Source: Octopus sinensis (lineage: Eukaryota). Taken from it: 64,000 nt of DNA. The DNA is taken from NCBI RefSeq assembly GCF_006345805.1, contig NC_043013.1:53444001-53508000 (forward strand), in the 5' to 3' direction. A program made the position numbers and the translations under genes. Below, one piece after another: positions 1-13,199 of this stretch. Under the pieces are notes generated by a model. That model had not been told where the DNA came from. It made no database searches and was given only the letters and a program-made list of their open reading frames with translations. Every line of letters begins with the position of its first letter. Within the stretch, counting starts at the first letter, position 1.

Positions 1-711
1 TTGTTTTTTAGAGGTAACAGTCCAAACGACTGTTTGCTCTTTGAATTGTTATCACTTTTCTGTTGATAGTTTTTGATCCGTTGATTTTGTTCTTTGTGGA
101 AAACGTCTACGGTACCACCAATTTCGCAGACTCCTCCTCACATCACCACATCAGTAGACGCCATTTTACTAATATTTTAAAAAATCATCTGACGGTTAAA
201 GCATTGTTTCAGAGCGTAAAATCTTGTTCTCTCTCAAAAAGGGCAAAAACAAACAGGAGAAGGCTCCTGTATTCTCTATGTAATGGATCTTTACAACAAC
301 ACACAAAAAAATAAAATAACATCCAATTTGGAAGTAATTGGATAATTTTTCAAAACCTCACGAAATCACGAGCAAGGAAGACGCATCTGACTCTGGTAAA
401 TATTTAATGTCGATGACGTTTCGTTTATTTGTGTCTCGGGTAAATTTAATTACACAAGCATTCCTGGACACCAACGCGAAATAATATACCGTGCTATACT
501 TACATACATAATACATACATACATGCATGCATGCATACATACACATACACACACACACATATATATAAGTTGTGGACCTACACATATATATATATATCTA
601 TACTCGGTGATACATTCACACACACACACATATATATATATATGAATAAATGAAACCGTGCAAAATGTAAACACACATACACACATAGATAAATAAATAG
701 ATAGATAGTTA

Positions 712-730
712 TATAGTAGTAGTAGTAGTA

Positions 731-784
<54 letters not shown>

Positions 785-838
785 CTCCAGCAGCAGCACC
801 AGCACCAGCAGCACCAGCTCCAGCTCCGGCATTAGCAG
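712..838. repeat. Compound (TAG)n then (CAG/CAC)n-like microsatellite
   Basis: tagtagtag run followed by ccagcagcagcaccagcacc; source of the poly-T/L/Y ORF artefacts. Confidence 0.95.
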
Positions 839-986
839 CGACATTGCAGATTTTGTAAATAAGGCAGCGGTCTGCCTTGACCCAGCAGACCATTCCATCC
901 TTGACCATCACGATCTTTCAGAAACTCCTCATATAGCATCCAGTATGGCGGTCCTACTTTTGCCTTTTCTAAATGTAGGTGAGATT

Positions 987-1139
987 TTATAGTGATTCGA
1001 CTGTTATTTCTTGCATATCTTCAGCTGCCTTGAAATATCTGTAATATTTCTCTTTCAGTATTGTATCCCGTGTGTAATATCCGTCTGCCTTTGTTAAAAT
1101 ACCAACATGTAGATATGAAGAAATGAAACACCCGATGGC
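987..1139 (-). other. Candidate terminal coding exon of an unidentified host gene
   Basis: Minus strand: pyrimidine tract plus CAG acceptor (ctttgtattttctttttccatgcag) then open frame IGCFISSYLHVGILTKADGYYTRDTILKEKYYRYFKAAEDMQEITVESL*; no family recognised, no partner exon found. Confidence 0.25.
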
Positions 1140-1200
1140 TGCATGGAAAAAGAAAATACAAAGTGATAAACGATATGTGATTAATAAGGTAAGCATAAAT

Positions 1201-1252
<52 letters not shown>

Positions 1253-1499
1253 CACTCTGTAAAGGGAAGGCTAATGATATATAGATATAAATAATTAAAA
1301 ATGTAACTTCATTGCAGAGGAAACTAGTAGTATAAATTCTACTGTAAATATATACACTGGGGATATGGATATTGTAAATACGCACTTTTGCAGGCGAGGT
1401 TAATTGTACAAACTCTTTAAGTATACATTACACTCTTTAAATATGAGGTTGGTAGTATAGGTATAAATATATATATATCGAAATATAACCATATGTAGA

Positions 1500-1812
1500 T
1501 CGTTGTTGATTTGTTTTTCTCCTACGTCTTTCTTTTCTCTTGGACTTTCCTCCGTCTCCTGTTTCCTGCGCGAAGAGTTTTGGTTTCCATTCTTTCCCCG
1601 AGCGTCTGCCAATAATTTGCATGTACCACGTCCTCGCGTTGTTGCTTTTTTTTTCTTGTTGCGTTTTTCCTCGTTTTTATTTAACTATATATATAGTTTA
1701 ACGCTCGGAATGTTGAGAAAGTCTTTTACGTTTCGAGCCTACGCTCTTCAACAGAAAGGAACACGAGAAAATAAACACAGAGAGAATATAAAAAGCTTTA
1801 GTGGCTAGAGAT
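1500..1812. mobile_element. Two Penelope-like pLTR remnants in opposite orientation around a short TA tract
   Basis: ~1590-1686 (+) resembles the pLTR 3' part (gagcgtctgccaataat...gtaccacgtcctcgcgttgttg); 1695-1812 (-) carries an HHR motif. Confidence 0.6.
1723..1758 (-). ncRNA. Minimal type I hammerhead motif, variant core CUGUUGA
   Basis: Reverse complement cttt-CTGTTGA-a-gagc-gta-g-gctc-GAAACGTA-aaag: stem I cttt/aaag, stem II gagc/gctc, GUA cleavage triplet. Confidence 0.65.
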
Positions 1813-1957
1813 CAATACACACATATACACTGCATAGATAGCGCTGTTAATGTAGATATAAATATTCTGAATAACAATATTCTGTGGATGAAACTAATGA
1901 TGTGGATGTAAGTAATGTAAGTATAAATTCTTTAAACGTGACGTTAATAATGTAGAG

Positions 1958-2229
1958 CAATGGCTTTCAACCGTGGTCCATATGACCCTTGGGTGAGGCG
2001 GCGTCCAAATAATAGTTTTTTTGTTTAAATTAATGAGCCAGACATTGCTTATATTTCTAAAATACACAAAATAATTTCACAATCTTTTATACAATTCTTC
2101 ATAATATTTAATTATAAATAAAAAATTACATTATGAATTCTTCAACATGGAATGGTTTCGAGGGTCCATTCGAGTAAAATAAAAATCTAAGGAATTTAGA
2201 TATAACAAACAAATGGTTGACAACCACTG
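1958..2229. mobile_element. hAT (Charlie-like) non-autonomous MITE
   Basis: Imperfect TIRs caatggctttcaacc / ggttgacaaccactg; 8-bp flanks atgtagag / atgcagac (6/8 identical); related partial copy at ~21943-22175. Confidence 0.65.
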
Positions 2230-2807
2230 ATGCAGACCTAGATATTGTAAGATGTAGTGATTTGTCTAGATATAAATTTTGTAGATATACACTGTATAAT
2301 TGGGATTCGTAGTCTAGCTAGAAACATTCTAAATACGTAATCTTTAAAAGCAAGGTGAACAGCTGAAGAAATCATAAATTTATTTATCTGAATTTCATTA
2401 TATCTCTTAATTTTTATTCAGTTAATTGTTCCTTCATGAAATGTCATGAATGAAATTCTTCCAGGATGTGTCAGAGACCAAATATAAATAATTAGTCTTT
2501 TGAATAAACCTAAACAAACAGAATTCGCTGTAATCAGTTTGTGTAAAATTCCCCAAGAAATTAAAACCCGTATTGTGCGATGTTTCGAGATTCGTGTCTG
2601 AGAATTTCACATTCGAGAATCTGTTATTATTCAAATGGAGAAATAAGAAATGTAATGAATACATTTTAATGAACTGAAAAAAAAATGATAAATTAATTAA
2701 AAATATACAAGGCCAAAATATTTGTTATTACATTCACAATGTTCATCAGAAATTCGATATTATTACTCGGTGATTTAAAAAATATAATGCAATTAAATAG
2801 TTTTATA

Positions 2808-3196
2808 GGCGCAGGCGTGGGTGTGTAGTAAGAAGTTTGCTTCCTAACGACATGGTTCCGGGTTCAGTCCCACTACGTGGCAACTTGTGCAAGTGTCTTT
2901 AAGTATAACCTCGTGCCGACCAAAGCCTCGTGAGTGGATTTGGTAAACGGAAACAGAAAGTAGTCCGTCGTGTATATATATATATCTGTATGTGTGTGTG
3001 TGCCTGCGTTTTTCCACTCACCATCGCTTAACAACGGATGTTGGTGTGTTTACGTCTCCGTATCTTAGCGGTTCGGCAACAGGAATCGGATAGAATAAGT
3101 ACTACACTTACAAAGAATAAGTCCTTGGGTCGAATTGTTCGACTAAAGTTGGTACTCCAGCAGGGCCGTGATTGAAACAAGTAAAAGAGTAAAAGA
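2808..3196 (+). mobile_element. tRNA-derived SINE family A, full copy
   Basis: Head ggcgcaggcgtgggtgtgtagtaag...gggttcagtccc (A/B-box like), CORE-like gtggcaacttgtgcaagtg, internal TA/TG tract, tail gaaacaagtaaaagagtaaaaga; several homologous copies in window. Confidence 0.85.
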
Positions 3197-3217
3197 ATAT
3201 GTATGTATATACATATA

Positions 3218-3257
<40 letters not shown>

Positions 3258-5019
3258 AAAGAGAGAGAGAGAGAGAGGGGGGCCCAGAACCTATTGGTAA
3301 TTATTGGTAAATTTTCGATGTATTGGAAATGATACCAAAATATTTAAGTATAATTTCTTAAGTTAATTCAGCAAGAAATGGTTCATAACGTTTTAAGTTT
3401 TAAAACTCCATTTTGTGTGTGAAAGAATTAAAGACATTTTACTCGAAGTATATTTTTAAGAATCAACTTTACAACCGTGTTTCGTTTGAGGCCATTCTAC
3501 GATATTTTCTATTTAGCTTTGTATCTGTGTTTATAAAAATGTCAGCAATCTTCTAAGTCTGTGTCAATTCTCTCCAAATAGCACACTAAATATTGGATAT
3601 GTTCTTTAACTCTATTTCTGACTTTAGGCATCTCCAGTTGTGGCCAGGATTTTCAAATAAATCTGCTGATCCCTGGCGTTATTACATACACACACACTAC
3701 ACCACACACACACCACACACAATCACACACAAACACACACATACATGCACATATGTCTGTATGTAAATCTAGACTGTATTAGTTGCCATATTGGTGGCTT
3801 GTTACATATTCCTTTAATTCCTGCTTATTTTGTTAATTTACATTTTCACGATTTATTTCCAGTAAAAAGAAACACATAACGCCCACTAAATGTATGAAAC
3901 TATGTTACGTTCACTACTGGAAGTATGTAACTTCGAATGGAGCTCTTATGAAATACTATGTTAACTGGAGATGAGGAACAGATTTTACTAATGGGAAAAT
4001 ACAAGAGCTGGTTTTTCTGCTAACATTGTATTACCGAGCGCATGACTTGATCCGCATTTATAAGATTTAGTGAAAGTTACTACGCAATGGATGCAGCTAC
4101 AGAAAATTTTATCTGTTTCAGTATACAGTGAAACAGCTTTAACTCGCTACGTGTTAAATCATTGGTTACCTTCGTGCAATATTAGAGAAAAGTAAGATCC
4201 TGGTAAAGTGAGAAGTATCGTTACAGATATATTTTATGAATTTGATGCAAACATCATCTCTTCTGTGGTACAACATTATCGTAAGCTATATGTTACAATT
4301 TATGACTTCACTATGAACTTCATCCTTCCATTGTACACGTCTACCGTTAGCTATATGCCAGTTGTACGTTACAGTTAGATATGTGTTACAGTAAAATTAA
4401 CGATACGTATTACTAGGAATATATGGCGAATGGAATTTCAAAATATCTGAATAAAAATAATTTTTGTAACCAATTCCTGAAAACAGTCTTTTTTTTTCTA
4501 ATTATTTGAAGTTTATAAACTTCTATTTCTTAGAAAGGTTTCAATACATTTAGAAGGAAAATGAAAGTTATATTTTCTTAAAAAGACGCAAAGAAATAGA
4601 AAGGTGACATGGAGTTGTCTCTGTCGAATTCCAAACTATCTATCTATCTTAAATCAATCATTGTTCGAAATGCGATTAACTCTACGCTGGCTGCATACTC
4701 CATCGATCTAATATTCCTTGTCATTATTTGACTTCCAAGACTGTCATGTAAATGATATTACATGTATTATATTCCGTGTCCAAATGTCTTTTAGATGCTA
4801 AATTCTTTCAGTTTCAAAGATGTGTGAGATGCTATTTTCTTCAAACTATATTTTTTTCTTTTACGTATTCTCAGGCATGGCACAATAAAATATTACTTTA
4901 AATGTATTTGGAATATATTCATGTGTTAAGTGTATCGATCTTGCCACTGGCAGACTAAATGAAACCTCACAAATTTTTTAGTATACATTACATATGTACG
5001 TCTTCTGATATATATTATA

Positions 5020-5065
<46 letters not shown>

Positions 5066-5872
5066 CCTATAGTATCTATATATTTGTTTCAGTGTACAAT
5101 AAACTTATGCACACATATTGTTTATAAATATAAACATGCATAAGCACGTACACATATATAAATGAAAGTAGATAAATGTATATATTCATATGTGTGTTTG
5201 TGTGTATCTGTGTGTGTGTATGTTTGTATATATTATATATATTATATTATATATATATATATATATATGTATATATAGGGAGTGAGAGAGACAGGAAGAC
5301 AGAGAGAGAGAGAGTCACATATTTGATGACTATAACTATAACGAAATTATGAGCAGAACGGATATCCAGACATTGTAAAGTTCTATGAAGCTTTTAGTCT
5401 GCAGCCGTCAGCTGTGGAATCTGTTACAAGAAAACCACGCGATAAGAAGACAGTTTAATATTTGCTACGATGCATTCCAATGACTCTGGGACCGTGGCAA
5501 TGATCAGAGGAGATAGATGCTCCAAATGAATGTATTAATATCACGCTTGAATGGAGAGAAACAACGCAGTCATATCAAGTGTGTTGCTGAAGTTTTTGAT
5601 GTCTCGCCATATATATTTATTTTCCGAGGAAAGAAAGACGACTTCTCTTCGTTTATTTCTGCTTGTGATGCATATTTTTTCCATTGAATATCACATTGTG
5701 TGAGGGGACATTTTAATAAAGAAGTCGAAGCTACAAATCTGACCAAAATATATTATTTTATATACACATATAAATAAATATATATTCATATATGTGCGTA
5801 TATGCATACACACACGCGCGCACACACAGATGTATGTTATATGTATGTGTATATATATTAATATAAATATAA

Positions 5873-5903
<31 letters not shown>

Positions 5904-5958
5904 TTATATATATATATACATACGTACATATATATATATATATATATACACACATACG

Positions 5959-5994
<36 letters not shown>

Positions 5995-7084
5995 ATATAT
6001 ATATATGCTCTAACTAACTTTAAGTGGTAAAGCGGTAAGAAGTCTTATATCAGAAGGAAACTTTATTATGAGTACAAAATGTATTCGTATTTATGATTTT
6101 TTTTTTGTCAGAATGAGCAGAAAGAGATGAGGCAGAGAGAAAGAAAAGAAGCGAGAGAGTGTGTGAGTGAGAGAGAGAGAGAGAGAGGAAGAGAGAAAGA
6201 AAAGGAGAGAGAAAGAGACAAAAAGGAGCAGAGAGAGACGTAAAGAGAGAAGGAAATAAAGAATGAATGATGTACCGAAATTTCTAACTAGTTAGAAAAA
6301 GGAATCTGTAGAAAATGTCTTAGTGATATATCATGATCAGCTTAACGTCATGACCACCTTAACAACTTAAACCCTATTCTAAATAGCATTCTATAAAGCA
6401 AACGCAAAGGAATAAAATTCTAATTCGACTGATGGAGAATAATGGCTGATTATTTTGCGTCGTTAAGCTAATTGGTAGCTGCTTTCTTTGAGCAGAGGGA
6501 CATGAAATAAACCAAATCAAACCTGCTATGATTTGAACCCGAAACAGAATGAAAATACGATGAAATACTACGTTTAATACTTTCAGACATTTTTGATAGC
6601 TTGATGCCCCACACATCTTAGAATATTGTCAGGAAATACTAAGAAAACAAAACAAAACAGAGAAGACGACACATAAATTACAGCGGCAAAAACTGATGTA
6701 GAAAAAGAGAATTTGTATTAACGACGTTAATAGACATTCGGGGCGGTTCTGATATTTGTGTGACAGGTATGGTATGTATGGCACTAGGGCGAGACGAAAT
6801 AATAGCAGGAAGCAGACAGGTAGAGAATCCCCCCAGTCGTTAACGTAATTTTGATACATTGCATGTAAATGGCTGACATAGCAGCCAGTTTAGAGCAAGT
6901 TTGCTTCTGGTGGAGGAGAGTCGCTGGAAATTCTTAGAGAAAGAACAGAGACGGGGTTTGTTGTTAGTCTGTCAGTAAGTATGAGCGCAGACAGGCTGGA
7001 GGGAGAAAAACTGAATATCTACATATACATAGATGTATACATATATACATACCCTCATACACACACCTGTATATATACATACAT

Positions 7085-7159
<75 letters not shown>

Positions 7160-7263
7160 CACACACACACACATAGATATAAGCGTATGGTATGTATATA
7201 TCTGCATATACATATATATAAATATACATATATGTCTCTGTGTCTGCTTGCATGTAATATGTG

Positions 7264-7301
<38 letters not shown>

Positions 7302-7789
7302 GATATATATACGTATATACGTATACACAGACATCTATATAAATACATATTTATACATATATACATGTAAATGTGTATACGCATGCATGCATATATGTAC
7401 TTATGTATGTACGTACGTATGTATGTTTGTATGTATGTACGTATGTATATGATGCAAGACAAAGAGACACCGTGAGTGTGAGAGTCTGTGCATGCATACA
7501 CGTACAGGGATATTAATATTCATGTTACAGTTATACACACGGACATGTGTAAGGATTGGACACACAGACATGCAAAGAAATACAATTAGACCGTTAAGTC
7601 GGTAGATTGATGGACGTAGATGTGGTTGAGTGGCTATTGTTACAAGAACAACGAAAATTAAGGGAGAGAGTGTGTGTGTGGGCGACTTAAATAGTGCGGG
7701 TGTTTGTGTGTGTGAGGGACAGAGGTTTTGTGTGTGTGTGTGTGTGTGGAAGCCCGACACACGGAGAGTGGTAATATTTAGGAAACGTA

Positions 7790-7995
7790 AAAGAGGGGGA
7801 AAAAGAAAAACGAAGGGGAAATGATGGAGGAGGAGGAGGAGGCGAGGAGAAAGAAGAAGAGGAGGAGAAGAGGAAGAAGTTGAGGGGGGAGGGGAGGAGT
7901 AGGAAGGGGAAGAAGCGGAGGAGGAAGAAGAAGAGGAGGAGGAAGAAGTGGAGGAGGAGGAAGAAGTGGAGGAGGAGGAGAAGGAGGAGGAAACA
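7790..7995 (+). repeat. Polypurine (GGA/GAA)n tract
   Basis: gaggaggaggag...gaagaagaag directly visible. Confidence 0.9.
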
Positions 7996-8494
7996 GAGAT
8001 TGTAAACAAATGGGAGAATATGGATAGCGTGTAGCAATAGAATACTGATACGAAATTTAAAGAGTGTGACATTTCCAAACTGATTGTTGTATAATTACGT
8101 AAATGATGCTGTATGAAAAAAAAAATTATGCAGTTTAACAGAGAGAATTCGAAGCAGCAAAGATACAGCCAAATTTTAAAAGGCGTGCCTGGGCACCTTT
8201 AGACGTTAACCTTGCCGACATTATCTTCTTCCTAATTCGGCCGATATGTGAGTTATTTTGCTCCATCTACCATACAGTTTGAATTTCTGGTGGTAGACAA
8301 TATCCTGGAGAAAATAAAGAATAGATATCAGTTCCATGCTTTAAAGACGTCTTTGATAGAGTATGAACATTTTCTGGTTTTGCTTTAAATAATATTTAGA
8401 TTTTCTAATAAATGCTGATTTCCATAATAGTACACACATATTTACATGCATTCATTCATTCCTACGTACATTCATTTCTATATTTACAAATATA

Positions 8495-8842
8495 GGCGCA
8501 GGCGGTGCTGTGTGGTAAGAAGCTTGCATCCTAATTACATGGTTCCAGGTTCAGACCCACTGTGTAGCAACTTGGGCAAGTATCTTCTATTATGGCCTCG
8601 GAAAGTCCAGAACATTGTGAGTGGATTTGTTAGATGGAAACTGAAAGAAGCATGTCGTATATATATATCCTTTTACTTGTTTCAGTCATTTGAATGCGGG
8701 CATGGTCGAGCAAATCGACTCCAGGACTTATTCTTTCTGTCTCTTTTGCCGAACTGCTAAGTTACGGTGACATAAACACACCAGCATCGAATGTCAAGCG
8801 CTACTGTGGGGGCAGGGGAAAACACACGCACACATACACACA

Positions 8843-8919
<77 letters not shown>

Positions 8920-9508
8920 ATATATATATATATATATACAACGGGTTTCTTTCAGTTCTCACCTACCAAATCCACTCAAGGCTTTGGTCGGCGCGAGGCT
9001 ATAGTAGGAGATACTTACCCACTGTGTCACGTAGTGGGGCTGAACCCGCATCCTTGGGGTTGGTATACAAGCTACTTACCACACAGCCACTCCTGCGCCT
9101 ATATATATATACACACACACACGTATATATATACATTATACACACACAGACACACACACAGACCACACCACCACACACCACCACACACAACACACATTAT
9201 ATATATATATATATTATATATATATAATCATACATATAGACATATGCATGTATGTATGTCTGTATGTATACATGTACTTATTTATGGATGTCCTTGTGTC
9301 TGTGACTGTACCTGTATTACTGCCTGATGACCGGTGTTGGCATGTTTACATCCCCGTAAATTAGCGGTTTGTCAATGAGCCCGATACAATAAGCATTAAG
9401 CTTTAAAAATAGTTCTGCGTTCGATTTGTTTGACTAAAATCTTTCAAGGTGATGCCCCAACATCGACACAGTCATATGACTGAAACAAGTAAACGATAAA
9501 AGATAAGA
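8495..9508 (+). mobile_element. SINE family A copy (head 8495-8660, tail ~9320-9508) interrupted by a nested copy
   Basis: Head and tail match the 2808-3196 copy. Confidence 0.75.
8670..9099 (-). mobile_element. SINE family A copy nested in antisense orientation
   Basis: cttttacttgtttcagtcatttga...cttaccacacagccactcctgcgcc is the reverse complement of family A. Confidence 0.85.
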
Positions 9509-9532
9509 TATGTATACATACACACACACACA

Positions 9533-9573
<41 letters not shown>

Positions 9574-9576
<3 letters not shown>

Positions 9577-9759
9577 GCTTTATTAAAAAGCAGCAAAAAT
9601 ATCACATAAGCCGTTAGTCAGAGTTCCACGTTCCCGTCCGTCGAATAGGATCGTAAAACTCTTGCGATATTTGTGTTGCTTTTGAATAAAGCATAATACT
9701 CTACCTCTGGTATTCGAGTACTATTTTTCCACATTCTTTCGCATTTATGTGCTTACTCT

Positions 9760-9762
<3 letters not shown>
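9574..9762. mobile_element. Short fold-back element with degenerate HHR-like motif, in (TA)n
   Basis: Arms tatgctttattaaaaagcagcaaaaatatc / gatatttgtgttgcttttgaataaagcata plus unpaired tail; homologous to 52262-52336. Confidence 0.6.
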
Positions 9763-9821
<59 letters not shown>

Positions 9822-9828
9822 TATGTGT

Positions 9829-10041
9829 GTAACTCGTAAACACCAGTCGTTTTTTTTTTCTCTATCCCTGTTGCCCGCTTTGGATCTTTCTTTCCTCTCT
9901 CTTCCTTCTTTGTTTCCGACGAAGAGCTCCGCTCGAAACGTCATACCCTCCTGCTTCCATTTCCTGGCGCCTATTAATAATAATACTGTAATTGTTCCAT
10001 TGTTGTTGTTTTTTTGTTATCCCGTTTGGATTAAAATTATA
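9829..10041 (+). repeat. 5' pseudo-LTR
   Basis: gtaactcgtaaacaccagtcg...cgtttggattaaaattata, repeated at 15973-16189 with few differences. Confidence 0.93.
9910..9946 (+). ncRNA. Hammerhead-like motif in 5' pLTR, variant core CCGACGA
   Basis: gttt-CCGACGA-a-gagc-tcc-gctc-GAAACGTC-atac; GUC triplet, minimal stem III, stem I with one mismatch. Confidence 0.65.
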
Positions 10042-10358
10042 CCACTGCGCGCCTACACGGACCCCTTGTACCTTGGATACCAATTCCCGGATTTTTGCAC
10101 CTACGGATTATTGTCACCATTCTTCCTGACCTACGGATCACCTGCAACCTTCTTCCGGAGTACCGCCATTATCGTGATTGAAAATCATTACCTAATCTGT
10201 CCGTTGACTCTCAAATCTCTTTCCTGACTTTTTTCAACTTTTTTCTCTTGTTTTCAAACCGTCTTCACCCTTTTTCTTCTTTTGTTGTTTTCCTGTTGTC
10301 TCTCCTTTTTCCTGTTTCGCCACCACCCACCTTTACCTGTTTGCCACCACTTCTCATC

Positions 10359-13180
10359 ATGCCTGACTTGCACTCGTTCGTCCAACACCTTCAATCCCTC
10401 CTCAGCCGCTACCTCGCGTTCTTCCCCCCACAATGTTCCGCACCTGCTATAAAACTTTCCCGCTTGCTTTTTAAGAAAACCCGCCATTCTAGCCATCTTT
10501 CCTTTCTTAGCCGGTGCCTCCGCCATCATGTCACACCCCGCGGTTTCCTCTTGAAGTTCCACGCTACCCCCCCTATTCCTCCCCCCCTTCATCGAACCCA
10601 CCCTCGCTCGTACCTCCCGCTCCCTCCTCCGCGCCACCATCCGCTCCACCCGCCCCCTCCTTGACTCCCTCGACCATCAACTTCCCCAGGCCTACCTCCT
10701 TCTCTCCGCCCTCTGCCCTCCACTCTTCACCCAACCTATCCTCCGCTTCATTCTTAATCTCAACCACCAACTCTACAACTACCTCCACACACAAAAAACA
10801 AATACTCCACCTCCTCCTCGACCCTCACCCCCTTCCCCATCCTCCCCCACTGTTCCCCCTCCTTCGCACCTACCCCACCCTCCACGGACCCCCCCACCGT
10901 GACCTTCCTACGCCTAACCCATCTTCACCCAACCACCCCTACCCTCCCCTTCACACCCCTGCACCCCCTCCGCCTGCCCCTAGTCCTCCCACCACCCCGC
11001 TTCCTCCTCGCGCTGTGTCACTATACCCCCCAACCTCCCCCTCTCCGCCGCTGAGCGCTCCCTCCTCAGTAAGGGTCTCCGCTTCACGCCACTCACGCTC
11101 CACTGTGATTAGTTCGAGACTCGGGCGGACGTCAACCTGTTCCTGCGCCGCCTCAAACTTTGCACATACTACCACGCGTCCCCGCAGCGTCACAATAATC
11201 AGGATTGCCTTTTGGAGCTGGGGCGTCGTCCATCCATCTGGACGCCGCCCCCAGGCCTTTTCAGTAGCCTAGATTCGTTTGTACATGACTGCAACGCTTT
11301 GGTCCACCGTTTCAACTTTGAACCAAGACCCCGCCGAGCCAACCTCACTCGGGCCGAATCCATTGCCCTTCGCCACCTCCGCCGTCGTGATGACATTGTC
11401 ATCAAACCGGCGGACAAAGGCGGGGCAGTGGTAGTGTGACGCGCGGACCTATACAGGGAGGAAGCGCTCAACCAGCTTCAAAATCCCCTCTTCTATCGCC
11501 TCCTCCCCTCCGATCCCACCTCCTCCTACCAACAGCAAGTGTCCTCCACCATCCGCGACCTCATCTCATCCTCCGCTCTCCCCCTCACCGCCACCAACCT
11601 CATCGTCCGCACACCCCGCACCTCCACCATCTACTTCCTTCCCAACATCCATAAACCCTCTAACACTGGCCGTCCCATAGTCTCTGCCTGTAATTGCCCC
11701 ACTGAACTCATCTCCCTATACCTCGACCGCATCCTGTCCCCCTTAGTCGCAGCCCTCCCATCCCACATACACGACACCACCACGCCCCTCCGTCTCTTCA
11801 ATTCCTTTTCCTTCCCTTCCAGCCCCTCACACCTCTCATTCCTTTAGATGTAAAATCCCTGTACACAGTGATTCCCCACAATGACGATCTCCTAGCCCTC
11901 CAACACTTCCTCGACCGTCGTCCCGACCCCAGCCCCAGCACCCCCACCCTTCCCGTTTGGCTGAGCTCGTCCTCACCCTCAATTGCTTCACGTTCGCCGG
12001 GGAAACGTACCAACAGGTGTCCGGGGCGCGATGGGAACTAGGATGGGCCCCAATTTCGCCAATCTCTTTCTTGGCTACATTGAAGCCCAAGTGTTTTCTG
12101 CCAGTTCTCTGGGCCGACCCCCGAACTATACGGTCGCTATATCGACGACTGCGTAGGTGCCACCTCCCTTTCCGTGAACTTCTCTGCCAATTCATCTCTT
12201 TCCTTTCCAACTTTCACCCCTCTCTTCAATTCACCTCCACCATCTCCAACACCTCTGTCAACTTCCTTGACATCTCTCTCCGCATCGATCACCCCTCCAA
12301 CTCTCTCACCACCACCACGCCTTCTTTAAACCTATGGATTCCCACCTCTATCTCAACTTCTTTCTTCCTCCCACCCCTTCCACACCAAACGAGCCATCCC
12401 CTACTCCCAGTTCCTCCGCCTCCGACGTTTGTGCAGCCACGACCAGGATTTCGAGACCCAATCTCATACCTGGCCCGCATGTTCAGACTCCGAGGTTACC
12501 CACCCATACTCCTCTCTGATGCCCTCACCCGCGCGCCGTCTCCTTCCCGCCGCCCACCCCCCAACCGCACCCCCTTCCCTCCTTTTCCACCCCTCTACCC
12601 TACCCCTTCGTCGCAAGATACTATGTGCCTTCCGTCGCCTCCAGCTTGATCCCACCACCCGCCCCATTTTCCCTAACCCACCCCTGTCCTCTTTCAAACG
12701 AGCCCGCAATCTGCGTGACCTCCTGGTCCACAGCACCCTCTCTCCTTCCCCCTCAGCCCCACACGGATCATTCCCTTCCTCTAGATCCCGCTGCAACACT
12801 TGCCCCTTCATCATCAACACCACCGCTGTCACCGGCTCCAACCAGCATACTGTACGCATTAGGCACTTTTTACGTGCACCTCGTCTGGCCTTATTTACTG
12901 CATTAAATGCAACCTATGCGGGATGCTGTATGTAGGACAGACGGGACGCCGGTTGTCCGACCGTTTCACTGAACACTTGAGGGACGTTCGCCTACAATCT
13001 TTTTCTCCCGTCGCACGCCACTTCCGCTCGGCCGGCCATTCCCTTGATGACATCTCAGTGTTTGGTCTCGCCCCCCACAATGGTCGCCCACTTTCCAGGC
13101 TCCACTTGGAGCAACGCTACATCTTCACCCTACAAACTACCACCCCACACGGACTTAACACACCCCCTCCTCTTGAGATC
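10359..13180 (+). pseudogene. Penelope-type reverse transcriptase + Cys-rich linker + GIY-YIG endonuclease, with frameshifts and stops
   Basis: ATG 10359; HLSFLSRCLRHHVTPRGF; LLSKGLRF; IKPADKGGAVVV* (TGA 11437-11439); NIHKPSNTGRPIVS; DVKSLYTVIP; AMGTRMGPNFANLF; YIDD 12138-12149; FLDISL; RCNTCPFI; IYCIKCNLCGMLYVGQTGRRLSDRFTEH; TPHGLN. Confidence 0.93.
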
Positions 13181-13199
13181 CCCTTTTTTTTTTCCGGAT

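Noticed and set aside
11437-11439. In-frame TGA as possible selenocysteine, as reported for some Penelope-like clades
   Set aside because: Falls where Trp is typical after KPADKGGAVVV (TGG to TGA); the copy has other lesions and I see no SECIS.
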